Positions 10,801-23,800 of a DNA stretch of 64,000 nt are shown here, one piece after another. A program made the translations under genes and the position numbers. Every line of letters starts with the position of its first letter. Position 1 is the first letter of the stretch. This DNA is from Auanema rhodensis. Taxonomy: Eukaryota; Animalia; Nematoda. The stretch lies in NCBI GenBank assembly GCA_964057225.1, contig OZ059900.1:17236001-17300000 (forward strand), in the 5' to 3' direction. Below the pieces are notes generated by a model. The model was not told the DNA's origin. It searched no databases and worked only from the letters and a program-made list of their open reading frames with translations.

Positions 10801-13800
10801 TGGAAATTTCGCTGTAAACAAGGTTTTGACTTACGATTTCATGTGTTCAAACTCATGCAATGTCAATGAAACCTAGCTCAAAATTGTTCGTACAACGTCT
10901 AGTTCCACTTTCACGACAAAAAACAGGGGTTAGAAAATTAAGGAAATTAGCATATTCTGAGGGCACGCCCTTTATGGCTAATATTGATTAAATCGATTTT
11001 TGTTCATATGAGTCGTCAAATGCAACGAATTTCAGCGTGTTACATACTAAAATGAAGCATTTTACATTCTGAACGCTAGAAAAATACAAAAACACAGTAT
11101 TACCCATGAGAAATATTTTATTATGCTGGAAAACCAGTTTTTGGAAATTTCGCTGTAAACAAGGTTTTGACTTACGATTTCATGTGTTCAAACTCATGCA
11201 ATGTCAATGAAACCTAGCTCAAAATTGTTCGTACAACGTCTAGTTCCACTTTCACGACAAAAAAACAGGGGTTAGAAAATTAAGGAAATTAGCATATTCT
11301 GAGGGCACACCCTTTATGGCTAATATTGATTAAATCGATTTTTGTTCATATGAGTCGTCAAATGCAACGAATTTCAGCGTGTTACATACTAAAATGAAGC
11401 ATTTTACATGCTGAACGCTAGAAAAATACAAAAACACAGTATTTCCCATGAGAAATATTTTATTATGCTGGAAAACCAGTTTTTGGAAATTTCGCTGTAA
11501 ACAAGGTTTTGACTTACGATTTCATGTGTTCAAACTCATGCAATGTCAATGAAACCTAGCTCAAAATTGTTCCTACAACGTCTAGTTCCACTTTCACGAC
11601 AAAAAAACAGGGGTTAGAAAATTAAGGAAATTAGCATATTCTGAGAGCACGCCCTTTATGGCTAATATTGATTAAATCGATTTTTGTTCATATGAGTCGT
11701 CAAATGCAACGAATTTCAGCGTGTTACATACTAAAATGAAGCATTTTACATGCTGAACACTAGAAAAATACAAAAACACAGTATTTCCCATGAGAAATAT
11801 TTTATTATGCTGGAAAACCAGTTTTTGGAAATTTCGCTGTAAACAAGGTTTTGACTTACGATTTCATGTGTTCAAACTCATGCAATGTCAATGAAACCTA
11901 GCTCAAAATTGTTCGTACAACGTCTAGTTCCACTTTCACGACAAAAAACAGGGGTTAGAAAATTAAGGAAATTAGCATATTCTGAGGGCACGCCCCTTAT
12001 GGCTAATATTGATTAAATCGATTTTTGTTCATATGAGTCGTCAAATGCAACGAATTTCAGCGTGTTACATACTAAAATGAAGCATTTTACATGCTGAACA
12101 CTAGAAAAATACAAAAACACAGTATTTCCCATGAGAAATATTTTATTATGCTGGAAAACCAGTTTTTGGAAATTTCGCTGTAAACAAGGTTTTGACTTAC
12201 GATTTCATGTGTTCAAACTCATGCAATGTCAATGAAACCTAGCTCAAAATTGTTCCTACAACGTCTAGTTCCACTTTCACGACAAAAAAACAGGGGTTAG
12301 AAAATTAAGGAAATTAGCATATTCTGAGGGCACGCCCCTTATGGCTAATATTGATTAAATCGATTTTTGTTCATATGAGTCGTCAAATGCAACGAATTTC
12401 AGCGTGTTACATACTAAAATGAAGCATTTTACATGCTGAACACTAGAAAAATACAAAAACATAGTATTTCCCATGAGAAATATTTTATTATGCTGGAAAA
12501 CCAGTTTTTGGAAATTTCGCTGTAAACAAGGTTTTGACTTACGATTTCATGTGTTCAAACTCATGCAATGTCAATGAAACCTAGCTCAAAATTGTTCCTA
12601 CAACGTCTAGTTCCACTTTCACGACAAAAAAACAGGGGTTAGAAAATTAAGGAAATTAGCATATTCTGAGGGCACGCCCCTTATGGCTAATATTGATTAA
12701 ATCGATTTTTGTTCATATGAGTCGTCAAATGCAACGAATTTCAGCGTGTTACATACTAAAATGAAGCATTTTACATGCTGAAGACTAGAAAAATACAAAA
12801 ACACAGTATTTCCCATGAGAAATATTTTATTATGCTGGAAAACCAGTTTTTGGAAATTTCGCTGTAAACAAGGTTTTGACTTACGATTTCATGTGTTCAA
12901 ACTCATGCAATGTCAATGAAACCTAGCTCAAAATTGTTCGTACAACGTCTAGTTCCACTTTCACGACAAAAAACAGGGGTTAGAAAATTAAGGAAATTAG
13001 CATATTCTGAGGGCACGCCCCTTATGGCTAATATTGATTAAATCGATTTTTGTTCATATGAGTCGTCAAATGCAACGAATTTCAGCGTGTTACATACTAA
13101 AATGAAGCATTTTACATGCTGAACGCTAGAAAAATACAAAAACACAGTATTTCCCATGAGAAATATTTTATTATGCTGGAAAACCAGTTTTTGGAAATTT
13201 CGCTGTAAACAAGGTTTTGACTTACGATTTCATGTGTTCAAACTCATGCAATGTCAATGAAACCTAGCTCAAAATTGTTCCTACAACGTTTAGTTCCACT
13301 TTCACGACAAAAAAACCGGGGTTAGAAAATTAAGGAAATTAGCATATTCTGAGGGCACGCCCTTTATGGCTAATATTGATTAAATCGATTTTTGTTCATA
13401 TGAGTCGTCAAATGCAACGAATTTCAGCGTGTTACATACTAAAATGAAGCATTTTACATGCTGAACACTAGAAAAATACAAAAACACAGTATTTCCCATG
13501 AGAAATATTTTATTATGCTGGAAAACCAGTTTTTGGAAATTTCGCTGTAAACAAGGTTTTGACTTACGATTTCATGTGTTCAAACTCATGCAATGTCAAT
13601 GAAAACTAGCTCAAAATTGTTCCTACAACGTCTAGTTCCACTTTCACGACAAAAAAACCGGGGTTAGAAAATTAAGGAAATTAGCATATTCTGAGGGCAC
13701 GCCCTTTATGGCTAATATTGATTAAATCGATTTTTGTTCATATGAGTCGTCAAATGCAACGAATTTCAGCGTGTTACATACTAAAATGAAGCATTTTACA

Positions 13801-14353
13801 TGCTGAACACTAGAAAAATACAAAAACACAGTATTTCCCATGAGAAATATTTTATTATGCTGGAAAACCAGTTTTTGGAAATTTCGCTGTAAACAAGGTT
13901 TTGACTTACGATCTCATGTGTTCAAACTCATGCAATGTCAATGAAACCTAGCTCAAAATTGTTCGTACAACGTCTAGTTCCACTTTCACGACTAAAAAAC
14001 ACGGGTTAGAAAATTAAGGAAATTAGCATATTCTGAGGGCACGCCCCTTATGGCTAATATTGATTAAATCGATTTTTGTTCATATGAGTCGTCAAATGCA
14101 ACGAATTTCAGCGTGTTACATACTAAAATGAAGCATTTTACATGCTGAACACTAGAAAAATACAAAAACACAGTATTTCCCATGAGAAATATTTTATTAT
14201 GCTGGAAAACCAGTTTTTGGAAATTTCGCTGTAAACAAGGTTTTGACTTACGATTTCATGTGTTCAAACTCATGAAATGTCAATGAAACCTAGCTCAAAA
14301 TTGTTCGTACAACGTCTAGTTCCACTTTCACGACTAAAAAACACGGGTTAGAA

Positions 14354-17300
14354 AATTAAGGAAATTAGCATATTCTGAGGGCACGCCCCTTATGGCTAAT
14401 ATTGATTAAATCGATTTTTGTTCATATGAGTCGTCAAATGCAACGAATTTCAGCGTGTTACATACTAAAATGAAGCATTTTACATGCTGAACACTAGAAA
14501 AATACAAAAACACAGTAATACCCATGAGAAATATTTTATTATGCTGGAAAACCAGTTTTTGGAAATTTCGCTGTAAACAAGGTTTTGACTTACGATTTCA
14601 TGTGTTCAAACTCATGCAATGTCAATGAAACCTAGCTCAAAATTGTTCGTACAACGTCTAGTTCCACTTTCACGACAAAAAAACAGGGGTTAGAAAATTA
14701 AGGAAATTCGCATATTCTGAGGGCACGCCCCTTATGGCTAATATTGATTAAATCGATTTTTGTTCATATGAGTCGTCAAATGCAACGAATTTCAGCGTGT
14801 TACATACTAAAATGAAGCATTTTACATGCTGAACACTAGAAAAATACAAAAACACAGTATTTCCCATGAGAAATATTTTATTATGCTGGAAAACCAGTTT
14901 TTGGAAATTTCGCTGTAAACAAGGTTTTGACTTACGATTTCATGTGTTCAAACTCATGCAATGTCAATGAAACCTAGCTCAAAATTGTTCGTACAACGTC
15001 TAGTTCCACTTTCACGACAAAAAAACAGGGGTTAGAAAATTAAGGAAATTAGCATATTCTGAGGGCATGCCCTTTATGGCTAATATTGATTAAATCGATT
15101 TTTGTTCATATGAGTCGTCAAATGCAACGAATTTCAGCGTGTTACATACTAAAATGAAGCATTTTACATGCTGAACACTAGAAAAATACAAAAACACAGT
15201 ATTTCACATGAGAAATATTTTATTATGCTGGAAAACCAGTTTTTGGAAATTTCGCTGTAAACAAGGTTTTGACTTACGATTTCATGTGTTCAAACTCATG
15301 CAATGTCAATGAAACCTAGCTCAAAATTGTTCCTACAACGTCTAGTTCCACTTTCACGACAAAAAAACCGGGGTTAGAAAATTAAGGAAATTAGCATATT
15401 CTGAGGGCACGCCCTTTATGGCTAATATTGATTAAATCGATTTTTGTTCATATGAGTCGTCAAATGCAACGAATTTCAGCGTGTTACATACTAAAATGAA
15501 GCATTTTACATGCTGAACACTAGAAAAATACAAAAACACAGTATTTCCCATGAGAAATATTTTATTATGCTGGAAAACCAGTTTTTGGAAATTTCGCTGT
15601 AAACAAGGTTTGACTTACGATTTCATGTGTTCAAACTCATGCAATGTCAATGAAACCTAGCTCAAAATTGTTCGTACAACGTCTAGTTCCACTTTCACGA
15701 CTAAAAAACACGGGTTAGAAAATTAAGGAAATTAGCATATTCTGAGGGCACGCCCTTTATGGCTAATATTGATTAAATCGATTTTTGTTCATATGAGTCG
15801 TCAAATGCAACGAATTTCAGCGTGTTACATACTAAAATGAAGCATTTTACATGCTGAACACTAGAAAAATACAAAAACACAGTAATACCCATGAGAAATA
15901 TTTTATTATGCTGGAAAACCAGTTTTTGGAAATTTCGCTGTAAACAAGGTTTTGACTTACGATTTCATGTGTTCAAACTCATGCAATGTCAATGAAACCT
16001 AGCTAAAAATTGTTCGTACAACGTCTAGTTCCACTTTCACGACAAAAAAACAGGGGTTAGAAAATTAAGGAAATTCGCATATTCTGAGGGCACGCCCCTT
16101 ATGGCTAATATTGATTAAATCGATTTTTGTTCATATGAGTCGTCAAATGCAAAGAATTTCAGCGTGTTACATACTAAAATGAAGCATTTTACATGCTGAA
16201 CACTAGAAAAATACAAAAACACAGTATTTCCCATGAGAAATATTTTATTATGCTGGAAAACCAGTTTTTGGAAATTTCGCTGTAAACAAGGTTTTGACTT
16301 ACGATTTCATGTGTTCAAACTCATGCAATGTCAATGAAACCTAGCTCAAAATTGTTCGTACAACGTCTAGTTCCACTTTCACGACAAAAAAACAGGGGTT
16401 AGAAAATTAAGGAAATTAGCATATTCTGAGGGCATGCCCTTTATGGCTAATATTGATTAAATCGATTTTTGTTCATATGAGTCGTCAAATGCAACGAATT
16501 TCAGCGTGTTACATACTAAAATGAAGCATTTTACATGCTGAACACTAGAAAAATACAAAAACACAGTATTTCACATGAGAAATATTTTATTATGCTGGAA
16601 AACCAGTTTTTGGAAATTTCGCTGTAAACAAGGTTTTGACTTACGATTTCATGTGTTCAAACTCATGCAATGTCAATGAAACCTAGCTCAAAATTGTTCC
16701 TACAACGTCTAGTTCCACTTTCACGACAAAAAAACCGGGGTTAGAAAATTAAGGAAATTAGCATATTCTGAGGGCACGCCCTTTATGGCTAATATTGATT
16801 AAATCGATTTTTGTTCATATGAGTCGTCAAATGCAACGAATTTCAGCGTGTTACATACTAAAATGAAGCATTTTACATGCTGAACACTAGAAAAATACAA
16901 AAACACAGTATTTCCCATGAGAAATATTTTATTATGCTGGAAAACCAGTTTTTGGAAATTTCGCTGTAAACAAGGTTTTGACTTACGATTTCATGTGTTC
17001 AAACTCATGCAATGTCAATGAAACCTAGCTCAAAATTGTTCGTACAACGTCTAGTTCCACTTTCACGACTAAAAAACACGGGTTAGAAAATTAAGGAAAT
17101 TAGCATATTCTGAGGGCACGCCCTTTATGGCTAATATTGATTAAATCGATTTTTGTTCATATGAGTCGTCAAATGCAACGAATTTCAGCGTGTTACATAC
17201 TAAAATGAAGCATTTTACATGCTGAACACTAGAAAAATACAAAAACACAGTAATACCCATGAGAAATATTTTATTATGCTGGAAAACCAGTTTTTGGAAA

Positions 17301-19482
17301 TTTCGCTGTAAACAAGGTTTTGACTTACGATTTCATGTGTTCAAACTCATGAAATGTCAATGAAACCTAGCTCAAAATTGTTCGTACAACGTCTAGTTCC
17401 ACTTTCACGACTAAAAAACACGGGTTAGAAAATTAAGGAAATTAGCATATTCTGAGGGCACGCCCCTTATGGCTAATATTGATTAAATCGATTTTTGTTC
17501 ATATGAGTCGTCAAATGCAACGAATTTCAGCGTGTTACATACTAAAATGAAGCATTTTACATGCTGAACACTAGAAAAATACAAAAACACAGTAATACCC
17601 ATGAGAAATATTTTATTATGCTGGAAAACCAGTTTTTGGAAATTTCGCTGTAAACAAGGTTTTGACTTACGATTTCATGTGTTCAAACTCATGCAATGTC
17701 AATGAAACCTAGCTCAAAATTGTTCGTACAACGTCTAGTTCCACTTTCACGACAAAAAAACAGGGGTTAGAAAATTAAGGAAATTCGCATATTCTGAGGG
17801 CACGCCCCTTATGGCTAATATTGATTAAATCGATTTTTGTTCATATGAGTCGTCAAATGCAACGAATTTCAGCGTGTTACATACTAAAATGAAGCATTTT
17901 ACATGCTGAACACTAGAAAAATACAAAAACACAGTATTTCCCATGAGAAATATTTTATTATGCTGGAAAACCAGTTTTTGGAAATTTCGCTGTAAACAAG
18001 GTTTTGACTTACGATTTCATGTGTTCAAACTCATGCAATGTCAATGAAACCTAGCTCAAAATTGTTCGTACAACGTCTAGTTCCACTTTCACGACAAAAA
18101 AACAGGGTTTAGAAAATTAAGGAAATTAGCATATTCTGAGGGCATGCCCTTTATGGCTAATATTGATTAAATCGATTTTTGTTCATATGAGTCGTCAAAT
18201 GCAACGAATTTCAGCGTGTTACATACTAAAATGAAGCATTTTACATGCTGAACACTAGAAAAATACAAAAACACAGTATTTCACATGAGAAATATTTTAT
18301 TATGCTGGAAAACCAGTTTTTGGAAATTTCGCTGTAAACAAGGTTTTGACTTACGATTTCATGTGTTCAAACTCATGCAATGTCAATGAAACCTAGCTCA
18401 AAATTGTTCCTACAACGTCTAGTTCCACTTTCACGACAAAAAAACCGGGGTTAGAAAATTAAGGAAATTAGCATATTCTGAGGGCACGCCCTTTATGGCT
18501 AATATTGATTAAATCGATTTTTGTTCATATGAGTCGTCAAATGCAACGAATTTCAGCGTGTTACATACTAAAATGAAGCATTTTACATGCTGAACACTAG
18601 AAAAATACAAAAACACAGTATTTCCCATGAGAAATATTTTATTATGCTGGAAAACCAGTTTTTGGAAATTTCGCTGTAAACAAGGTTTTGACTTACGATT
18701 TCATGTGTTCAAACTCATGCAATGTCAATGAAACCTAGCTCAAAATTGTTCGTACAACGTCTAGTTCCACTTTCACGACTAAAAAACACGGGTTAGAAAA
18801 TTAAGGAAATTAGCATATTCTGAGGGCACGCCCTTTATGGCTAATATTGATTAAATCGATTTTTGTTCATATGAGTCGTCAAATGCAACGAATTTCAGCG
18901 TGTTACATACTAAAATGAAGCATTTTACATGCTGAACACTAGAAAAATACAAAAACACAGTAATACCCATGAGAAATATTTTATTATGCTGGAAAACCAG
19001 TTTTTGGAAATTTCGCTGTAAACAAGGTTTTGACTTACGATTTCATGTGTTCAAACTCATGCAATGTCAATGAAACCTAGCTAAAAATTGTTCGTACAAC
19101 GTCTAGTTCCACTTTCACGACAAAAAAACAGGGGTTAGAAAATTAAGGAAATTCGCATATTCTGAGGGCACGCCCCTTATGGCTAATATTGATTAAATCG
19201 ATTTTTGTTCATATGAGTCGTCAAATGCAAAGAATTTCAGCGTGTTACATACTAAAATGAAGCATTTTACATGCTGAACACTAGAAAAATACAAAAACAC
19301 AGTATTTCCCATGAGAAATATTTTATTATGCTGGAAAACCAGTTTTTGGAAATTTCGCTGTAAACAAGGTTTTGACTTACGATTTCATGTGTTCAAACTC
19401 ATGCAATGTCAATGAAACCTAGCTCAAAATTGTTCGTACAACGTCTAGTTCCACTTTCACGACAAAAAAACAGGGGTTAGAA
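14354..19482 (+). repeat. 4-monomer higher-order repeat (about 1368 bp)
   Basis: Repeating order of monomer types: agtaataccc / aattcgcat / ggcatgccc + tttcacatg + ccgggg / actaaaaaacacggg. Units start at 14354, 15721, 17431 and 18799 (partial), with an extra chimeric monomer at 17089. Confidence 0.9.
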
Positions 19483-20850
19483 AATTAAGGAAATTAGCAT
19501 ATTCTGAGGGCACGCCCTTTATGGCTAATATTGATTAAATCGATTTTTGTTCATATGAGTCGTCAAATGCAACGAATTTCAGCGTGTTACATACTAAAAT
19601 GAAGCATTTTACATGCTGAACACTAGAAAAATACAAAAACACAGTATTTCCCATGAGAAATATTTTATTATGCTGGAAAACCAGTTTTTGGAAATTTCGC
19701 TGTAAACAAGGTTTTGACTTACGATTTCATGTGTTCAAACTCATGCAATGTCAATGAAACCTAGCTCAAAATTGTTAATACAACGTCTAGTTCCACTTTC
19801 ACGACAAAAAAACAGGGGTTAGAAAATTAAGGAAATTAGCATATTCTGAGGGCACGCCCTTTATGGCTAATATTGATTAAATCGATTTTTGTTCATATGA
19901 GTCGTCAAATGCAACGAATTTCAGCGTGTTACATACTAAAATGAAGCATTTTACATGCTGAACACTAGAAAAATACAAAAACACAGTAATACCCATGAGA
20001 AATATTTTATTATGCTGGAAAACCAGTTTTTGGAAATTTCGCTGTAAACAAGGTTTTGACTTACGATTTCATGTGTTCAAACTCATGCAATGTCAATGAA
20101 ACCTAGCTAAAAATTGTTCGTACAACGTCTAGTTCCACTTTCACGACAAAAAAACAGGGGTTAGAAAATTAAGGAAATTCGCATATTCTGAGGGCACGCC
20201 CCTTATGGCTAATATTGATTAAATCGATTTTTGTTCATATGAGTCGTCAAATGCAAAGAATTTCAGCGTGTTACATACTAAAATGAAGCATTTTACATGC
20301 TGAACACTAGAAAAATACAAAAACACAGTATTTCCCATGAGAAATATTTTATTATGCTGGAAAACCAGTTTTTGGAAATTTCGCTGTAAACAAGGTTTTG
20401 ACTTACGATTTCATGTGTTCAAACTCATGCAATGTCAATGAAACCTAGCTCAAAATTGTTCGTACAACGTCTAGTTCCACTTTCACGACAAAAAAACAGG
20501 GGTTAGAAAATTAAGGAAATTAGCATATTCTGAGGGCACGCCCTTTATGGCTAATATTGATTAAATCGATTTTTGTTCATATGAGTCGTCAAATGCAACG
20601 AATTTCAGCGTGTTACATACTAAAATGAAGCATTTTACATGCTGAACACTAGAAAAATACAAAAACACAGTATTTCCCATGAGAAATATTTTATTATGCT
20701 GGAAAACCAGTTTTTGGAAATTTCGCTGTAAACAAGGTTTTGACTTACGATTTCATGTGTTCAAACTCATGCAATGTCAATGAAACCTAGCTCAAAATTG
20801 TTAATACAACGTCTAGTTCCACTTTCACGACAAAAAAACAGGGGTTAGAA
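18799..20850 (+). repeat. Tandem 3-monomer duplication (period 1026 bp)
   Basis: taataccc + gctaaaaat / attcgc + gcaaaga / gttaataca at monomers 18799, 19141, 19483 and again at 19825, 20167, 20509. Confidence 0.9.
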
Positions 20851-23800
20851 AATTAAGGAAATTAGCATATTCTGAGGGCACGCCCTTTATGGCTAATATT
20901 GATTAAATCGATTTTTGTTCATATGAGTCGTGAAATGCAACGAATTTCAGCGTGTTACATACTAAAATAAAGCATTTTACATGCTGAACACTAGAAAAAT
21001 ACAAAAACACAGTATTTCCCATGAGAAATATTTTATTATGCTGGAAAACCAGTTTTTGGAAATTTCGCTGTAAACAAGGTTTTGACTTACGATTTCATGT
21101 GTTCAAACTCATGCAATGTCAATGAAACCTAGCTCAAAATTGTTCGTACAACGTCTAGTTCCACTTTCACGACAAAAAAACAGGGGTTAGAAAATTAAGG
21201 AAATTAGCATATTCTGAGGGCACGCCCCTTATGGCTAATATTGATTAAATCGATTTTTGTTCATATGAGTCGTCAAATGCAACGAATTTCAGCGTGTTAC
21301 ATACTAAAATGAAGCATTTTACATGCTGAACACTAGAAAAATACAAAAACACAGTATTTCCCATGAGAAATATTTTATTATGCTGGAAAACCAGTTTTTG
21401 GAAATTTCGCTGTAAACAAGGTTTTGACTTACGATTTCATGTGTTCAAACTCATGCAATGTCAATGAAACCTAGCTCAAAATTGTTCCTACAACGTCTAG
21501 TTCTACTTTCACGACAAAAAAACAGGGGTTAGAAAATTAAGGAAATTAGCATATTCTGAGGGCACGCCCTTTATGGCTAATATTGATTAAATCGATTTTT
21601 GTTCATATGAGTCGTCAAATGCAACGAATTTCAGCGTGTTACATACTAAAATGAAGCATTTTACATGCTGAACACTAGAAAAATACAAAAACACAGTATT
21701 TCCCATGAGAAATATTTTATTATGCTGGAAAACCAGTTTTTGGAAATTTCGCTGTAAACAAGGTTTTGACTTACGATTTCATGTGTTCAAACTCATGCAA
21801 TGTCAATGAAACCTAGCTCAAAATTGTTCCTACAACGTCTAGTTCCACTTTCACGACAAAAAAATAGGGGTTAGAAAATTAAGGAAATTAGCATATTCTG
21901 AGGGCACGCCCCTTATGGCTAATATTGATTAAATCGATTTTTGTTCATATGAGTAGTCAAATGCAACGAATTTCAGCGTGTTACATACTAAAATGAAGCA
22001 TTTTACATGCTGAACACTAGAAAAATACAAAAACACAGTATTTCCCATGAGAAATATTTTATTATGCTGGAAAACCAGTTTTTGGAAATTTCGCTGTAAA
22101 CAAGGTTTTGACTTACGATTTCATGTGTTCAAACTCATGCAATGTCAATGAAACCTAGCTCAAAATTGTTAATACAACGTCTAGTTCCACTTTCACGACA
22201 AAAAAACAGGGGTTAGAAAATTAAGGAAATTAGCATATTCTGAGGGCACGCCCTTTATGGCTAATATTGATTAAATCGATTTTTGTTCATATGAGTCGTC
22301 AAATGCAACGAATTTCAGCGTGTTACATACTAAAATGAAGCATTTTACATGCTGAACACTAGAAAAATACAAAAACACAGTATTTCCCATGAGAAATATT
22401 TTATTATGCTGGAAAACCAGTTTTTGGAAATTTCGCTGTAAACAAGGTTTTGACTTACGATTTCATGTGTTCAAACTCATGCAATGTCAATGAAACCTAG
22501 CTCAAAATTGTTCGTACAACGTCTAGTTCCACTTTCACGACAAAAAAACAGGGGTTAGAAAATTAAGGAAATTAGCATATTCTGAGGGCACGCCCTTTAT
22601 GGCTAATATTGATTAAATCGATTTTTGTTCATATGAGTCGTCAAATGCAACGAATTTCAGCGTGTTACATACTAAAATGAAGCATTTTACATGCTGAACA
22701 CTGGAAAAATACAAAAACACAGTATTTCCCATGAGAAATATTTTATTATGCTGGAAAACCAGTTTTTGGAAATTTCGCTGTAAACAAGGTTTTGACTTAC
22801 GATTTCATGTGTTCAAACTCATGCAATGTCAATGAAACCTAGCTCAAAATTGTTCGTACAACGTCTAGTTCCACTTTCACGACAAAAAAACAGGGGTTAG
22901 AAAATTAAGGAAATTAGCATATTCTGAGGGCACGCCCCTTATGGCTAATATTGATTAAATCGATTTTTGTTCATATGAGTCGTCAAATGCAACGAATTTC
23001 AGCGTGTTACATACTAAAATGAAGCATTTTACATGCTGAACACTAGAAAAATACAAAAACACAGTATTTCCCATGAGAAATATTTTATTATGCTGGAAAA
23101 CCAGTTTTTGGAAATTTCGCTGTAAACAAGGTTTTGACTTACGATTTCATGTGTTCAAACTCATGCAATGTCAATGAAACCTAGCTCAAAATTGTTCCTA
23201 CAACGTCTAGTTCTACTTTCACGACAAAAAAACAGGGGTTAGAAAATTAAGGAAATTAGCATATTCTGAGGGCACGCCCTTTATGGCTAATATTGATTAA
23301 ATCGATTTTTGTTCATATGAGTCGTCAAATGCAACGAATTTCAGCGTGTTACATACTAAAATGAAGCATTTTACATGCTGAACACTAGAAAAATACAAAA
23401 ACACAGTATTTCCCATGAGAAATATTTTATTATGCTGGAAAACCAGTTTTTGGAAATTTCGCTGTAAACAAGGTTTTGACTTACGATTTCATGTGTTCAA
23501 ACTCATGCAATGTCAATGAAACCTAGCTCAAAATTGTTCCTACAACGTCTAGTTCCACTTTCACGACAAAAAAATAGGGGTTAGAAAATTAAGGAAATTA
23601 GCATATTCTGAGGGCACGCCCCTTATGGCTAATATTGATTAAATCGATTTTTGTTCATATGAGTAGTCAAATGCAACGAATTTCAGCGTGTTACATACTA
23701 AAATAAAGCATTTTACATGCTGAACACTAGAAAAATACAAAAACACAGTATTTCCCATGAGAAATATTTTATTATGCTGGAAAACCAGTTTTTGGAAATT

